This document shows, piece by piece, positions 35,311 to 46,090 of a stretch of 64,000 nucleotides of DNA. Position numbers and translations under genes: made by a program. Location of the stretch: assembly GCA_964479005.1 (NCBI GenBank), contig CAYZJA010000001.1, positions 80,642 to 144,641 of the forward strand, read 5' to 3'. Position 1 is the stretch's first letter. Each line of letters starts with the position of its first letter. The notes beneath the pieces were generated by a model. The model was given only the letters and a program-made list of their open reading frames with translations. It searched no databases and had not been told where the DNA came from. The DNA comes from an uncultured Candidatus Saccharibacteria bacterium (GTDB lineage Bacteria > Patescibacteriota > Minisyncoccia > UBA6257).

Positions 35311-35769
35311 ATGAATGAACTTTGGACTATTATTATTGCTGGTTCTCCGATAGTTGAATTGCGAGGGGCGATTCCTGTGGCTATGGGAATTTTTAATTTT
35401 GCTTGGCCTAAAGCGTTAATTTTAAGTTTAATTGGGAATATTTTACCAATTATTCCTATAATTTGGTTTTTAGACAAATTATCTGATTATTTGAGTAAAC
35501 AATTTGATATTTTTAATCGTTTTTTTAATTGGCTTTTTGAAAGAACTAGGAAAAAGACAGAAAACAGCTTTAATAAATGGGGAAAATGGGCCTTAGTGGC
35601 ATTTGTTGCGATTCCTTTGCCTTTTACAGGGGTTTGGACTGGTTCAATAGCGGCATTTTTGTTTGGTGTTAAGTACAGAAACGCTTTTTGGCTTATTAGT
35701 TTGGGAGCGCTTTTTGCCGGGATATTAGTTACGATTTTAACTCTTTTAGGCACAAATATATTTTCATGA
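35311..35769 (+). CDS. small multidrug-export-like membrane protein (PF06695-like)
   Basis: SPIVELRGAIPVA motif near the N-terminus; about 4 TM segments. Confidence 0.6.
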   Translation: MNELWTIIIAGSPIVELRGAIPVAMGIFNFAWPKALILSLIGNILPIIPIIWFLDKLSDYLSKQFDIFNRFFNWLFERTRKKTENSFNKWGKWALVAFVAIPLPFTGVWTGSIAAFLFGVKYRNAFWLISLGALFAGILVTILTLLGTNIFS

Positions 35770-36542
35770 ATAAATTTATTGTTTTTAATTTTAAAATGGC
35801 CCCAGCATCTCTTGTAGAAGCAAAAGAAATTTTTCAAATTTTTAAAAAGTTTGCGCAAAAAACTAAGCCGAACAAAATAATTATAGCGCCGCCTTCTATC
35901 TATTTAGCAGAAGCGTCAGATGTTTTTCAAAAAGAATGCATCTTAGGGGCTCAAGATGTTTTTTGGTTTAATCGTAATTCTGCTACGGGAGAGATTTCAC
36001 CTAAGATGTTAAAATCATTGGGTGTAGAATATATTATTGTTGGGCATTCTGAAAGACGAGAATATTTTAATGAAACTAACGAAATAATTAATTCTAAAAT
36101 AAAAGCCTGTCTAAGTAATGATTTAACTCCGATTCTCTGTATTGGAGAAAAAGAGAGAAAAAAAGGGGATTGTTCTTTATCTTTCCGGATAAAAAAGATT
36201 CTTTTTGAACAATTAAATTATGCTCTAAGAGGCATTATTCTCGAGAAATCCACAGATTTAGTCATTACTTATGAGCCAGTTTGGGCTATTAGCGCTAATC
36301 AACCAAAAGAATTGGAAGATCCAGAAGAAATTGAAAAAACAATTAGTCTTATTCGTTTTTGGCTTGCCAGACGATTTTCAGAAAATATAGCAAAAAATAT
36401 ACATATTCTTTATGGCGGTTCAGTAGACTCACAGAATATTTCTTCTTTTTTGTCTTTGAAAGAAATTAACGGAGTTTTAGTTGGTCGAATGAGTACAAAT
36501 AAAATAGGCCTTAAAAAACTTTTTAAAAAAATAATAAAATAA
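35766..36542 (+). CDS. tpiA: triosephosphate isomerase
   Basis: NFKM, VGHSERR, YEPVWAI, LYGGSV. Confidence 0.93.
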   Translation: MNKFIVFNFKMAPASLVEAKEIFQIFKKFAQKTKPNKIIIAPPSIYLAEASDVFQKECILGAQDVFWFNRNSATGEISPKMLKSLGVEYIIVGHSERREYFNETNEIINSKIKACLSNDLTPILCIGEKERKKGDCSLSFRIKKILFEQLNYALRGIILEKSTDLVITYEPVWAISANQPKELEDPEEIEKTISLIRFWLARRFSENIAKNIHILYGGSVDSQNISSFLSLKEINGVLVGRMSTNKIGLKKLFKKIIK

Positions 36543-36550
36543 ATAAAATT

Positions 36551-37120
36551 ATGGATAAGAAGTATATTATAATTATAGCTATCTTAATTATTGTTAGTGG
36601 AATTTTTGCTTCGCTTATGATTTATGAAAAATTGACAGGAGTAAACAAAATTGAACCATTAGGGATAGCATCGGAAAATATTATAGTGGCAGGAGATGAA
36701 GAAGAAATAGTTCAGGTTATTACGCCAGCGACTGTAGATCAGGAGATAGAATTAGCAGCTAATTGTGATGCTTTTCCTGATATGTTAACATCTTGTACAA
36801 AATATAAATGTCAATTTATTCATCCATTTACTGGCGAGGATATGAAGAGAGAAATTTTGGGAATAATTGATGGAAAATGTAATTATATTGAGCAGATGCC
36901 TAATAGTGGGCAAATGGAATGTAAATATACAGAAAGTTTTAGAAAAGTTGTCGCTCAATATTATAGGGATATTGAATATGCAGAATCTATTGGATTTGAA
37001 ATAGATATAGATTTAGGAAGTGAAGAGCAAGTAACAAAATATACTATAGACGGCAAAGAGGTAGCAAATCCTCTGCAAGAAGCGACAGACACTGGAATTT
37101 GTATTATCTCAGGCTATTAA
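36551..37120 (+). CDS. membrane-anchored Cys-containing hypothetical protein
   Basis: N-terminal TM segment followed by an acidic extracellular-looking domain with 6 Cys. Confidence 0.5.
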   Translation: MDKKYIIIIAILIIVSGIFASLMIYEKLTGVNKIEPLGIASENIIVAGDEEEIVQVITPATVDQEIELAANCDAFPDMLTSCTKYKCQFIHPFTGEDMKREILGIIDGKCNYIEQMPNSGQMECKYTESFRKVVAQYYRDIEYAESIGFEIDIDLGSEEQVTKYTIDGKEVANPLQEATDTGICIISGY

Positions 37121-37222
37121 AGGATAAATTTTGACCAGATATATTTTGAGAGCAAGTGATATTAATAAAATCCATAGAAGTTAAAAATAATAAAACAAAA
37201 ATATAATAAAATAAATAAAATT

Positions 37223-38005
37223 ATGAATGAAAAAAAACAAAAACAGTTAATTGATACTTTAATAGTCTTCTTGGTAATTTTAGGTTTAGGTGTTTTGAGC
37301 TGGGGTTATTATAATTATCATCAAGCGCAAAGTATTATCAATGAAGGCGAGCATACGATTTCTTTTACTGCCGAGGGAAAAGTTTTGGCTAAACCTGATA
37401 TTGCGAAAATTACTTTTTATGTAATAAATCAAGGAGAAAAAGCTGAAACAGTGCAGAAAGAGAATAATGAAAGGATGCAAGAAGCTGTTACTTTTGTTAA
37501 AAATCAAGGAGTTGAAGATGACGATATTAGAACAGTTAGGTATAATTTAAACCCTGAATATGATTATACCTGGTGTAAAAAACCTGGTGAAAAACCTTAT
37601 CCCTCTTGTCCTCCAAAAATTATTGGTTATAAATTAGATCAGGGTGTAGAAGTTAAAATTAGAGATTTTGATAAAATTGATACAATTGTAGGAGGATTGT
37701 CTGAAAAAGGAGTGAATCAGATTTCCAATGTGAGTTTTGTTATTGATGATACTGAAAACTACAAAAATGAGGCTCGTATTTTGGCATTGGACAAGGTAGA
37801 AAAAAGAGCTAAATTATTAGCGCAAAAAAGCTCAATTAAATTAGGAAAGATTATTGATATTTCAGAAGGACAGGGCATTTACCCTGTTTATAGGGCTGCA
37901 ACAATGGAAGCAGTGCCTGGTTCTTCCGATGAAATAACAGCTCCAATTGAACCTGGCACAGAGGAAATTACTGTAACATTGACTGTTACCTACAAACTAC
38001 GTTAA
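37223..38005 (+). CDS. SIMPL/DUF541 domain protein
   Basis: N-terminal TM segment, ISFTAEGKVLAKPDIAKI..., and a C-terminus typical of DUF541 periplasmic proteins. Confidence 0.65.
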   Translation: MNEKKQKQLIDTLIVFLVILGLGVLSWGYYNYHQAQSIINEGEHTISFTAEGKVLAKPDIAKITFYVINQGEKAETVQKENNERMQEAVTFVKNQGVEDDDIRTVRYNLNPEYDYTWCKKPGEKPYPSCPPKIIGYKLDQGVEVKIRDFDKIDTIVGGLSEKGVNQISNVSFVIDDTENYKNEARILALDKVEKRAKLLAQKSSIKLGKIIDISEGQGIYPVYRAATMEAVPGSSDEITAPIEPGTEEITVTLTVTYKLR

Positions 38006-38022
38006 GGGCATTGAAGATATTT

Positions 38023-39195
38023 ATGAAGTCCATTAGATCTGCAAATATTTTGGGTCAGCTTGTTTTAATGAGAGTGGATTTTAATATTCCTGTTAAAAAT
38101 GGCAAGGTTTTAGATGATTTTCGTATTCAGCGCGTTTTACCGACCATTCAATTCTTAAGAGATAAAAAAGCGAAAAAGATTATCTTAATTTCTCATTTAG
38201 GTCAGCCAGATGCTAAAGACAGAGATAAACCAGAATTTAGTTTAGCTCCAATCGCGAGTCATTTAGAAAAATTAATTGGGGAAAGTGTATATTTTACAGC
38301 AATGTTAATTGGAAAAGGTCTAAAACAAGAAATTGAAAATCTACCAGATGGTTCCATAATTCTTTTAGAGAACATTCGCTTTTATAAAGAAGAGAATCAG
38401 AATAATAAAAATTTTGCTAAACAATTAGCAAAAATAGCTGATATTTTTATTAATGAAGCTTTTTCAGTTTGTCATCGCAAGATAGCTTCTTTATGCGCAA
38501 TAACAGAGTTCCTGCCTTCTTATGCAGGAATTTTGCTTGGAGAAGAGTTGGTTAATTTAAATAAACTTATTCAAAAACCGCAACATCCTTTAGTTGTAAT
38601 TTTGGGCGGAGTTAAAATAAAAGACAAAATATCTGTTATAGAGAAATTTAAGAATAAAGCTGATTTCATTTTATTAGGCGGAGTTATGGCTAATACGTTT
38701 TTAAAGGCAAATGATTTTTCTATTGGTAAGTCACTTCATGATGAAGAATCTTTTACACAAGTGAAAGATTTAAACATTGGAAAAACAGAGTTGATTTTAC
38801 CTGGTGACTTTGTGGTTTTAGATAAAAATAATCAAAAACAAATAAGAGAATTGGGGAAAATAGCTGAAAATGATAAAATTCTTGATATTGGGCCAATAGC
38901 TTGTGATACTTTTTCTAAAATTATTTCTAAAGCAAAAACAGTATTTTTTAATGGTCCTATGGGGAAATTTGAAGATAAAAGATTTTCTGATGGAACCAAT
39001 AAGATTATTAATGCAGTTATTGAAAATAAATTAGCTTTTTCAGCAATAGGCGGAGGAGAAACTATTGCCTGTTTTAGATTTTTTAATTCCAAATTCCAAA
39101 TTCCAAATTCTATATTCTTATCAACGGGCGGTGGGGCAATGCTTAAATATCTTGCTGGCGAATCTTTACCCGGCTTAGTAGCACTAAATAAATAA
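38023..39195 (+). CDS. pgk: phosphoglycerate kinase
   Basis: VLMRVDFNIP, LISHLGQP, LENIRF, GGGETIA. ATG 38023 preferred over TTG 38011. Confidence 0.95.
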   Translation: MKSIRSANILGQLVLMRVDFNIPVKNGKVLDDFRIQRVLPTIQFLRDKKAKKIILISHLGQPDAKDRDKPEFSLAPIASHLEKLIGESVYFTAMLIGKGLKQEIENLPDGSIILLENIRFYKEENQNNKNFAKQLAKIADIFINEAFSVCHRKIASLCAITEFLPSYAGILLGEELVNLNKLIQKPQHPLVVILGGVKIKDKISVIEKFKNKADFILLGGVMANTFLKANDFSIGKSLHDEESFTQVKDLNIGKTELILPGDFVVLDKNNQKQIRELGKIAENDKILDIGPIACDTFSKIISKAKTVFFNGPMGKFEDKRFSDGTNKIINAVIENKLAFSAIGGGETIACFRFFNSKFQIPNSIFLSTGGGAMLKYLAGESLPGLVALNK

Positions 39196-39203
39196 CAATA
39201 AAA

Positions 39204-40043
39204 ATGTCTGATATTATAGTTTTTTATCATAAAAATTGTCAAGATGGACTTGCTTCTGCTTGGGTGGCTTGGAAAAAATTTAAAAATAAAGCAGAATACA
39301 TAGCATTAAATTATCAAGATCCTTTTGATTATAATGTTAAAGGAAAAAAGATTTATTTTCTGGATGTAATTCCGAATAGAAAGATTTTAGAAAAACTGAA
39401 AAAAAGTGGTTGTGAAATTGTTATTATAGATCATCATTTAAGCGCTAAAAAGAACTTAGATTTAGCATCTCCTGGTTCGTTTATTATTAGGCTTGATATG
39501 AGGCGTTCGGCAGCGGTTTTAACTTGGAAATACTTCTTTCCAAGGAAGAAAATTCCGAAGATATTGCTTTATGTAGAAGATATGGATTTATGGAACAATA
39601 AAAAGCGATTTAGCCGTGAAATTGTAGCATCTATAAGTTTATCAGACTTTGATTCTAAAAAGTGGGATAAATTAGTTGATGATATTGAGGATAATAAAAA
39701 AAGAAAAAAATACATATTAAGAGGAAAAGAGATTGTTAAACATGAAGATGAAATGATAAAAGAGATTGTGCAAAAGGCAAAAAAGATTAAAATGGGGAAA
39801 ATAAAAACCTTAGTCGTTAATTCTTCAGTCTTAATTTCTCAGATAGGGGGTGTTTTAATAAAACAATTGCCTCCAATGGCAATAATATGGTTTGAGGCAG
39901 GAGATTTTAAAAGAATATCTTTGCGCTCTAATGGGGAGGTCGATGTTTCAAAAATAGCAGAAAAATATGGCGGCGGAGGGCATAAACGTGCAGCAGGTTT
40001 TGCTATTAAATCAAAAGATCCTTTTCCGTGGGAAAAGAATTAA
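39204..40043 (+). CDS. DHH/DHHA1 family phosphoesterase
   Basis: CQDGLASAW, IIDHH, C-terminal GGGGHKRAAGF (DHHA1). Confidence 0.8.
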   Translation: MSDIIVFYHKNCQDGLASAWVAWKKFKNKAEYIALNYQDPFDYNVKGKKIYFLDVIPNRKILEKLKKSGCEIVIIDHHLSAKKNLDLASPGSFIIRLDMRRSAAVLTWKYFFPRKKIPKILLYVEDMDLWNNKKRFSREIVASISLSDFDSKKWDKLVDDIEDNKKRKKYILRGKEIVKHEDEMIKEIVQKAKKIKMGKIKTLVVNSSVLISQIGGVLIKQLPPMAIIWFEAGDFKRISLRSNGEVDVSKIAEKYGGGGHKRAAGFAIKSKDPFPWEKN

Positions 40044-40047
40044 TTTT

Positions 40048-40485
40048 ATGAAAGAAAAAATAGATAATAAATTGGAAGTTTATACTGATGGAGGAGCAAG
40101 AAATAATCCCGGACCAGCAGGAATCGGGGTTGTTATTGGTGATAAAGAATACGCTGAATATATAGGCAAAGCGACTAATAATATAGCTGAGTATAAGGCG
40201 GTTATTTTTGCTTTAAAAAAAACCAAACATTTATTAGGAAAATCAAAGCTTAAAAACACCGAGGTAATTGTTAATATTGATTCGTTATTAGTAGTAAACC
40301 AACTAAATGGGGAATATAAGATTTTAGAAAAAGAACTTCAACTGCTTTTTATGGAAATATGGAATTTAAAATTTAATTTCCCCTATTTAAGATTCAATTA
40401 TATACCAAGAGAAGAAAACAAAAAGGCTGATCATTTAGTTAATCAGGCTATTGATACACGCAGCCAAAACACATTAAATTTGTAA
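40048..40485 (+). CDS. rnhA: ribonuclease HI
   Basis: VYTDGGARNNPGPAGIGVVI ... TNNIAEYKAVIFAL ... NKKADHLVN. ATG 40048 avoids overlap with the DHH gene. Confidence 0.9.
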   Translation: MKEKIDNKLEVYTDGGARNNPGPAGIGVVIGDKEYAEYIGKATNNIAEYKAVIFALKKTKHLLGKSKLKNTEVIVNIDSLLVVNQLNGEYKILEKELQLLFMEIWNLKFNFPYLRFNYIPREENKKADHLVNQAIDTRSQNTLNL

Positions 40486-40517
40486 AAAAAATCGTCCCGT
40501 TTAGCGAGACGATTTTT
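40484..40517. terminator. bidirectional terminator shared by rnhA (+) and rnpB (-)
   Basis: aaatcgtc/gacgattt stem flanked by A8 on one side and T5 on the other. Confidence 0.65.
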
Positions 40518-40524
40518 ATCTATT

Positions 40525-40945
40525 GACGATTGAACCTATAAGCCGAATTCTGTATCCTGTTAAACAGGACGATAGTCATTTATCTAGCCCTGAAATTACT
40601 CTCAGGGTCAAGCGGCCACTTTCTGACAAATGTCAGAACACGAGCCTTGCACCCAGTAAGGATTTAGCCGTTTCATTCTTGAAATTGCTTTCAAGACTCA
40701 CCCTAATTAAAAAATAATTAGGGTGTTTTGAACTTTTCAGTTCAAAACGTCTCTGTTCGCACCTCTATTCCAGTTGTAAATCCGTCATTAGCGTTACCGC
40801 TAAGAGGCAAAAACTGGAGCGATAGCTGTTAGCTATTACCTTTTACCAACTTTGTTTTAGGCAAAATTGGTGGTGTTCGGACTTTCCTCCCCGCCTAAGT
40901 TTTGCGAACAAAATTTTGGCGGGGTAACTACCCAGTTCAATCGAG
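40525..40945 (-). ncRNA. rnpB: RNase P RNA, bacterial type A
   Basis: The minus strand reads ggcggggaggaaagtccgaacacc (P4 5' strand), ggtgcgaacagagacg, ggctaaatcc..gggtgcaaggc, and acagaattcggcttatagg (P4 3' strand). P1 is cgattgaac/gttcaatcg. Confidence 0.93.
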
Positions 40946-40949
40946 AATT

Positions 40950-40978
40950 ATTATACACCTTTTTTTTGATTAATTCAA
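40950..40978 (-). promoter_or_regulatory. rnpB promoter TTGAAT-17-TATAAT
   Basis: Minus strand reads ttgaat taatcaaaaaaaaggtg tataat, about 5-7 nt before P1. Confidence 0.7.
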
Positions 40979-41011
40979 GGATTTATAGTAAGATAAAAAA
41001 AACAAGGAATA

Positions 41012-42703
41012 ATGATGAAAAATAAAAAAGTTCTGTTTATTTTTATATTAAGCTTATCACTTGTAGGTTTAATTTTTTTTGCCGGGCAGAAAATAGTTAA
41101 ATATAACAATACCAGTAAACAAATTATCAGTTTTTTAAGAGAAAATAATCTAGAAAAAGCAGTTAATTTAATTAACAATAAACCAGTTCTTAATGAAAAC
41201 TTTTCTTTTTTGCCTGTAATTGGGCAGGGGATTGAATTAAGACGATGCTTAGAAAGGATTGATAATAATTTAAAAGAAATAAATAGCGGATTTTTACTTG
41301 CTTCAATGTTCCAACAAGATAAAGATTCATTGTTTTTTCTGCAAGGAATCTATAAAGATTTAGATTATTTGAATAGATACAATATAGATTATATAAACAA
41401 CCAAAAACACTATTTAGAAAATTGGCTTTTGTTTTTTGGAGATAATAAGCCAAAGAATTATCTTGTTTTATTTCAGGAAACAGCGATACCAAGGCCTACA
41501 GGTGGTTTCATTGGGGCTTATGTGATTTTATCTTTTAATGAAGGAAAGATAGAATTTTCAGGAAATAATATTTTTGCTTTGGAGGAAACTTTTTTAGAGA
41601 AGATTATTCCGCCTGACCCCTTGCAATCTATTAGTGATAAATGGTTTTTTCATGACAGCAATTGGTTTTTTGATTATCCTTCCAGCGGACAAAAAATATT
41701 AAATTTTTATTCAAATACAGGAAATAAGCCCTTATTGGACGGAGTGATAGTTGTTAATTCTTCTGTCTTAAACAATCTTTTAGAAGTTATTGGACCAATA
41801 AGAGTTGATAATTACGATTCAATTATTGATCAAAGTAATTTTTATTCTTTTTTTAAAGACCAAATTCAAGAAGGAGCTAAACCTGCTCCTATGCGCGAAC
41901 AATCGGAGTTTTTTTCAGTATTTTTTCAAGCTTTGCAAACAAAATTGAGAAAGGTTTCTCCTCAAGTGCTTTCCCAGATTCCAGATATTTTAACAAATAA
42001 TTTTACAAAAAAGGAGATTCAACTTTATGTTATTGATGACAAATTGGAATATTTTTTCGATTCTTTAAATTGGACGGGGAAAATAGAAGAAAGCAAAGAT
42101 GATTACCTGGGAGTTTCTTTTAATCTTCTTAATCAGAATTTTTCTGAGGATATAAGAGGCAAAACAATAGAGTTAAAAACCGAGTTTGTTTCTAATGGGC
42201 AAATAATAAATACTTTAATAATCGATGTTCCTTCCCATTATTCTATGGATAGAACTCAGGAAACTTATCTAAAAATTTATCTTCCTAAAGGAATAATAAT
42301 TGAAAAGGCAGAAAACGGTTATTTAAAAAATAATAAAGATATTTCCTCGTATTATAAAAAATTAGGATACAAAGAGGACGATGATTTGTTTTTAATAGAG
42401 AAAACGAAAATAAGAAATGATAGTCTCGGAATTGAAATTTATGAGGAAGGAGGAAAAACAGTGGTTGGTACTTGGACAAAATTATCAATAAAACCTTTTA
42501 GGCTGGTTTATAAATTGCCTTTTGATTGGACTGATTTTTCGTCATGGGAATTAAAAATCCAAAAACAAAGTGGGCAGAATGTAAAATTTTCTTATCAATT
42601 TGCTATGCCTGATAATGTGAAAATTATTCCCACCCTTTTCCCTTTTAATAAATTTGTTTCATTGGAAAAAGATATGGTTCTTGAATTTGAAAGAGAATAT
42701 TAA
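41012..42703 (+). CDS. DUF4012 domain-containing membrane-anchored protein
   Basis: N-terminal TM segment. NYLVLFQETAIPRPTGGFIGAYVIL matches the recalled DUF4012 core (YL.LFQN.AE.R.TGGF.GSY). Confidence 0.75.
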   Translation: MMKNKKVLFIFILSLSLVGLIFFAGQKIVKYNNTSKQIISFLRENNLEKAVNLINNKPVLNENFSFLPVIGQGIELRRCLERIDNNLKEINSGFLLASMFQQDKDSLFFLQGIYKDLDYLNRYNIDYINNQKHYLENWLLFFGDNKPKNYLVLFQETAIPRPTGGFIGAYVILSFNEGKIEFSGNNIFALEETFLEKIIPPDPLQSISDKWFFHDSNWFFDYPSSGQKILNFYSNTGNKPLLDGVIVVNSSVLNNLLEVIGPIRVDNYDSIIDQSNFYSFFKDQIQEGAKPAPMREQSEFFSVFFQALQTKLRKVSPQVLSQIPDILTNNFTKKEIQLYVIDDKLEYFFDSLNWTGKIEESKDDYLGVSFNLLNQNFSEDIRGKTIELKTEFVSNGQIINTLIIDVPSHYSMDRTQETYLKIYLPKGIIIEKAENGYLKNNKDISSYYKKLGYKEDDDLFLIEKTKIRNDSLGIEIYEEGGKTVVGTWTKLSIKPFRLVYKLPFDWTDFSSWELKIQKQSGQNVKFSYQFAMPDNVKIIPTLFPFNKFVSLEKDMVLEFEREY

Positions 42704-42714
42704 TTAAATTTACA

Positions 42715-44310
42715 ATGGCTAGTTTTAGAAAAATATTAAACCATAAATCTGAAACAATTTTTGGTGCTGCAATGCTAATGAGCAGTTTGACATTGTTTGG
42801 CGCTTTTTTGGGTATTTTGAGAAACGCACTTTTGGCTAGCCGCTTTGGAGCTTCTGGAAATTTAGATATCTATTATGCTTCTTTCCGTTTGCCTGATATG
42901 ATCTATAATATTTTTATTATGGGCGCTATTTCTGCTGCTTTCATTCCTGTTTTTAGCCAGTACTGGGCAAAAGATGAAAAAAAAGCATGGCAATTTTCTA
43001 ATGCCATCCTTTTAATTATTGGTTCTTTTGTTGGGACATTAGCTCTATTAGTCGCGATATTTACAAAGCCTCTTTTATCCCGCCTTTTAGTGGGCTTTAG
43101 TCCTGATCAATTAGCAATAGCTGTTACCTTGACAAGAATTATGATGATTCAGCCTATCTTAATGGGAATTTCTTCTGTTGCTGCGAGTATTTTAAAAATA
43201 TTTAAATTATTTTTAGCCAGCGCCTTGGCGCCCTTAGTTTATAATTTAGGAATAATAATCGGCATTCTTTTTTTAGTTCCATCAATGGGCTTAAAAGGAT
43301 TAGCATGGGGAGTGGTTTTAGGGGCTTTATTGCATGTTTTAGTCCAAATTCCAGTCCTTTTTGGAACAGGTTATAAATTTACTTTTAATTTCTCTATTTT
43401 TAGGGAGTTAGATAATGGTCTAAAAAAAGTGGTTTTAATGATGGTTCCTCGTTCCTTAGGGATTATTGCTTATCAGGTTTTTCTTTTGGGTATTACTGCC
43501 ATAGCCAGTATGTTAAGAGAGGGAAGTATTGCTGTATTTAATTTTGCTAACGATATTCAGAATTTGCCTCAAACAGTTTTTGCATTGTCTTTTGCTGTTG
43601 CCGCTTTTCCAAGTTTATCAAAGTTAAACGTTGAAAAAAGATATAAAGATTTTGTTAAAACTTCTTTTGATACTCTTCTACAAATTTTCTTTTTCCTTAT
43701 CCCTATAGCTGTTTGGTTTTTCATTTTCCGCGAACCTATTATTCGATTTTTATTGGGGTATGGAAAATTTGATTGGACTTCTACGGTGAAAACGATACAA
43801 GTTTTTTCGGTTCTTTCTTTTGGAATGATTTTTCAAGGTGTTAACGCTTTTCTCTTGAGAGTATTTTTTGCAAAAGGAGATGCTTTAAAGCCATTTATTG
43901 CCAGTGTGATTTCTTATTCAACAGGATTCTTTTTGTGCTATAAATTAGGAATATCTTTTGGAGTAGTTGGTCTAGCCATTGCAGTAGCAATTACCTATCT
44001 TTTTTATTTTCTTATTCTTTTTCTTTTATTAAAAGCATATGTTCCTATTTCTTTATTGAAAAAGTTTTATTATTCTTTAGGGAAAATAACCATTGTTTCT
44101 CTATCAAGCGGAATAGTGGCTTATTTATTCTTTGCTTTTCTTAAGGGAATCTTTTCTATAGATAAAGTAATCAATTTGGCATTGTGCGCTTGCGTCGCTT
44201 TTATAATTTCTTTTGCCGTGTTTGTAGTTCTTTGTAATTGGTTTAAGATTAAAGAAATAGATGAATTAAAAAGAGTTGTTCTTCAAAAAATATATGGAGC
44301 AAAAGAATAA
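42715..44310 (+). CDS. murJ: lipid II flippase MurJ
   Basis: About 14 TM segments. LGILRNALLASRFGASGNLDIYYASFRLPD N-terminal signature. Confidence 0.9.
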   Translation: MASFRKILNHKSETIFGAAMLMSSLTLFGAFLGILRNALLASRFGASGNLDIYYASFRLPDMIYNIFIMGAISAAFIPVFSQYWAKDEKKAWQFSNAILLIIGSFVGTLALLVAIFTKPLLSRLLVGFSPDQLAIAVTLTRIMMIQPILMGISSVAASILKIFKLFLASALAPLVYNLGIIIGILFLVPSMGLKGLAWGVVLGALLHVLVQIPVLFGTGYKFTFNFSIFRELDNGLKKVVLMMVPRSLGIIAYQVFLLGITAIASMLREGSIAVFNFANDIQNLPQTVFALSFAVAAFPSLSKLNVEKRYKDFVKTSFDTLLQIFFFLIPIAVWFFIFREPIIRFLLGYGKFDWTSTVKTIQVFSVLSFGMIFQGVNAFLLRVFFAKGDALKPFIASVISYSTGFFLCYKLGISFGVVGLAIAVAITYLFYFLILFLLLKAYVPISLLKKFYYSLGKITIVSLSSGIVAYLFFAFLKGIFSIDKVINLALCACVAFIISFAVFVVLCNWFKIKEIDELKRVVLQKIYGAKE

Positions 44311-46081
44311 GAATATTAGAAATTTTGTTATAATTGCGCATATAGATCATGGTAAGTCTACTTTGGCTGATAGATTTTTGGAAATAACAAATACTATTTC
44401 CCAGAATAAACTAACACCACAATACTTGGATGGGATGGCTTTAGAAAAAGAACACGGGATTACTATTAAAATGCATCCTGTTCAGATGAATTATAATGGT
44501 TTTATTTTAAATCTTATCGATACTCCCGGTCATGTAGATTTTACTTATGAAGTTTCCCGCGCTTTAGCTGCTGTAGAAGGGGCTATATTATTAGTTGATG
44601 GTATTCAAGGGATTCAAGCGCAGACACTTTCTAATCTCCAATTAGCTAAGGAGCAAAAATTGAAAATTATTGGCGCTATTAATAAGATTGATTTAGATAT
44701 TCATGATTTAGAAAACAGGAAAAAAGAACTAGCAGATTTATTAAATATAACAAGTGATGATATTATTCTTGTTTCTGCTAAGACAGGTGAAAATGTGGAT
44801 TTATTATTGAAAAAAATCATTTCTGAGATTCCTGAACCAGTTATTAATGAAAAATTACCTTTTCGCGCTTTAATTTTTGATTCCCATTATGATTATTATA
44901 AAGGAGTAATAGCTTATGTTCGCGTTGTAGAAGGTGAAATTAAAAAAAGGGAAAAGATTATTTTTGCTGCAAGTAAAACAAAAGGTGATATTGTAGATTT
45001 GGGTTATTTTGCTCCAGAATTAAGACCAAAGGAAAGCTTGAAATCTGGAGAAATAGGATGGATAGCCACTGGTTTAAAAAATCCAGGATTAGTGAGAGTG
45101 GGTGATACAATAACCAAAAAACTGCCAATAGAGATTTTGCCAGGATATAAAGAACCAAAACCAATGGTATTTGCCGGTTTCTATTTGGCTAAAGGTGGTC
45201 AGGATTTTGAGAATTTTCGTTATTCTTTATCCCAATTAAAATTAAATGATTCTGCTATCTATTTTATTCCCGAAAATTCGGAAGTATTGGGAAGAGGTTA
45301 TCGTTTAGGATTTTTAGGAATGTTGCACTTAAAAATTACACAAGAGCGGCTTAAAGATGAATATGGGTTAGATTTGATTATTACTCATCCCACTGTACCG
45401 TACAAAGTTTTGTTAAAAGGCGATAAGGCGCCAAAGATTATTACTAATCCAAGTAAATGGCCACTTTCAGATGAAATTCTTTATTGTGAAGAACCTTGGG
45501 CAAAAATGGAAATTATCACACCTTTAGAATATTTATCAGTAATTTTGAAACTTATTAACGACTCTCGTGGTCAGGATATAAATACGCTTAGTCTTTCAGA
45601 TAGGCTGATAATTACTTGCCAGATTCCTTTAGAAGAGGTCATCAAAGATTTTTATGATAATTTAAAATCTATCTCTTCGGGATATGCTTCTTTAAATTAT
45701 GAAATATCTGGATATAAAAAGACTCAATTAGAAAAATTGGAAGTAATTTTAGCGGGAAAAACATTCCAAAGTTTGTCTAGAATAATTTTTGAAAAAAAGG
45801 CAGAAAAGGAAGCTAGGAGTTTGGCCTTAAAACTTAAAAAGATTCTATTACGCCAGAATTATCCAGTTTCTATTCAGGTAAGAGCGTTTGGGAGAATTGT
45901 TGCCAGGGAAACTTTATCAGCGTTAAAAAAGGATGTGACGGCAGGCCTTTATGGAGGCGATAGAACAAGAAAGATAAAAGTTTTGAAAAGACAACAAAAA
46001 GGAAAAAAAAGATTGTTGGATAAAGCTAATCTTCAGGTTCCCCCAGAAGTTTTTCTTAAGATTTTTTCTAAATCCGATTAA
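44294..46081 (+). CDS. lepA: translation elongation factor 4 (LepA)
   Basis: IRNFVIIAHIDHGKSTLADR, DTPGHVDF, NKID, C-terminal LepA domain. ATG 44294. Confidence 0.95.
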   Translation: MEQKNKNIRNFVIIAHIDHGKSTLADRFLEITNTISQNKLTPQYLDGMALEKEHGITIKMHPVQMNYNGFILNLIDTPGHVDFTYEVSRALAAVEGAILLVDGIQGIQAQTLSNLQLAKEQKLKIIGAINKIDLDIHDLENRKKELADLLNITSDDIILVSAKTGENVDLLLKKIISEIPEPVINEKLPFRALIFDSHYDYYKGVIAYVRVVEGEIKKREKIIFAASKTKGDIVDLGYFAPELRPKESLKSGEIGWIATGLKNPGLVRVGDTITKKLPIEILPGYKEPKPMVFAGFYLAKGGQDFENFRYSLSQLKLNDSAIYFIPENSEVLGRGYRLGFLGMLHLKITQERLKDEYGLDLIITHPTVPYKVLLKGDKAPKIITNPSKWPLSDEILYCEEPWAKMEIITPLEYLSVILKLINDSRGQDINTLSLSDRLIITCQIPLEEVIKDFYDNLKSISSGYASLNYEISGYKKTQLEKLEVILAGKTFQSLSRIIFEKKAEKEARSLALKLKKILLRQNYPVSIQVRAFGRIVARETLSALKKDVTAGLYGGDRTRKIKVLKRQQKGKKRLLDKANLQVPPEVFLKIFSKSD

Positions 46082-46090
46082 AATTAAAAT

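Noticed and set aside
35126-35314. 62-aa ORF overlapping the end of the 34965 gene and its terminator
   Set aside because: It spans the terminator hairpin and the next gene's upstream region. It has no SD, and the neighbouring ORFs explain the sequence.
40523-40717. 64-aa plus-strand ORF (and the 40975..41178 minus ORF)
   Set aside because: The plus ORF lies entirely within the minus-strand RNase P RNA, which has unmistakable conserved P4 and other core sequences. The minus ORF covers the rnpB promoter and the DUF4012 start.
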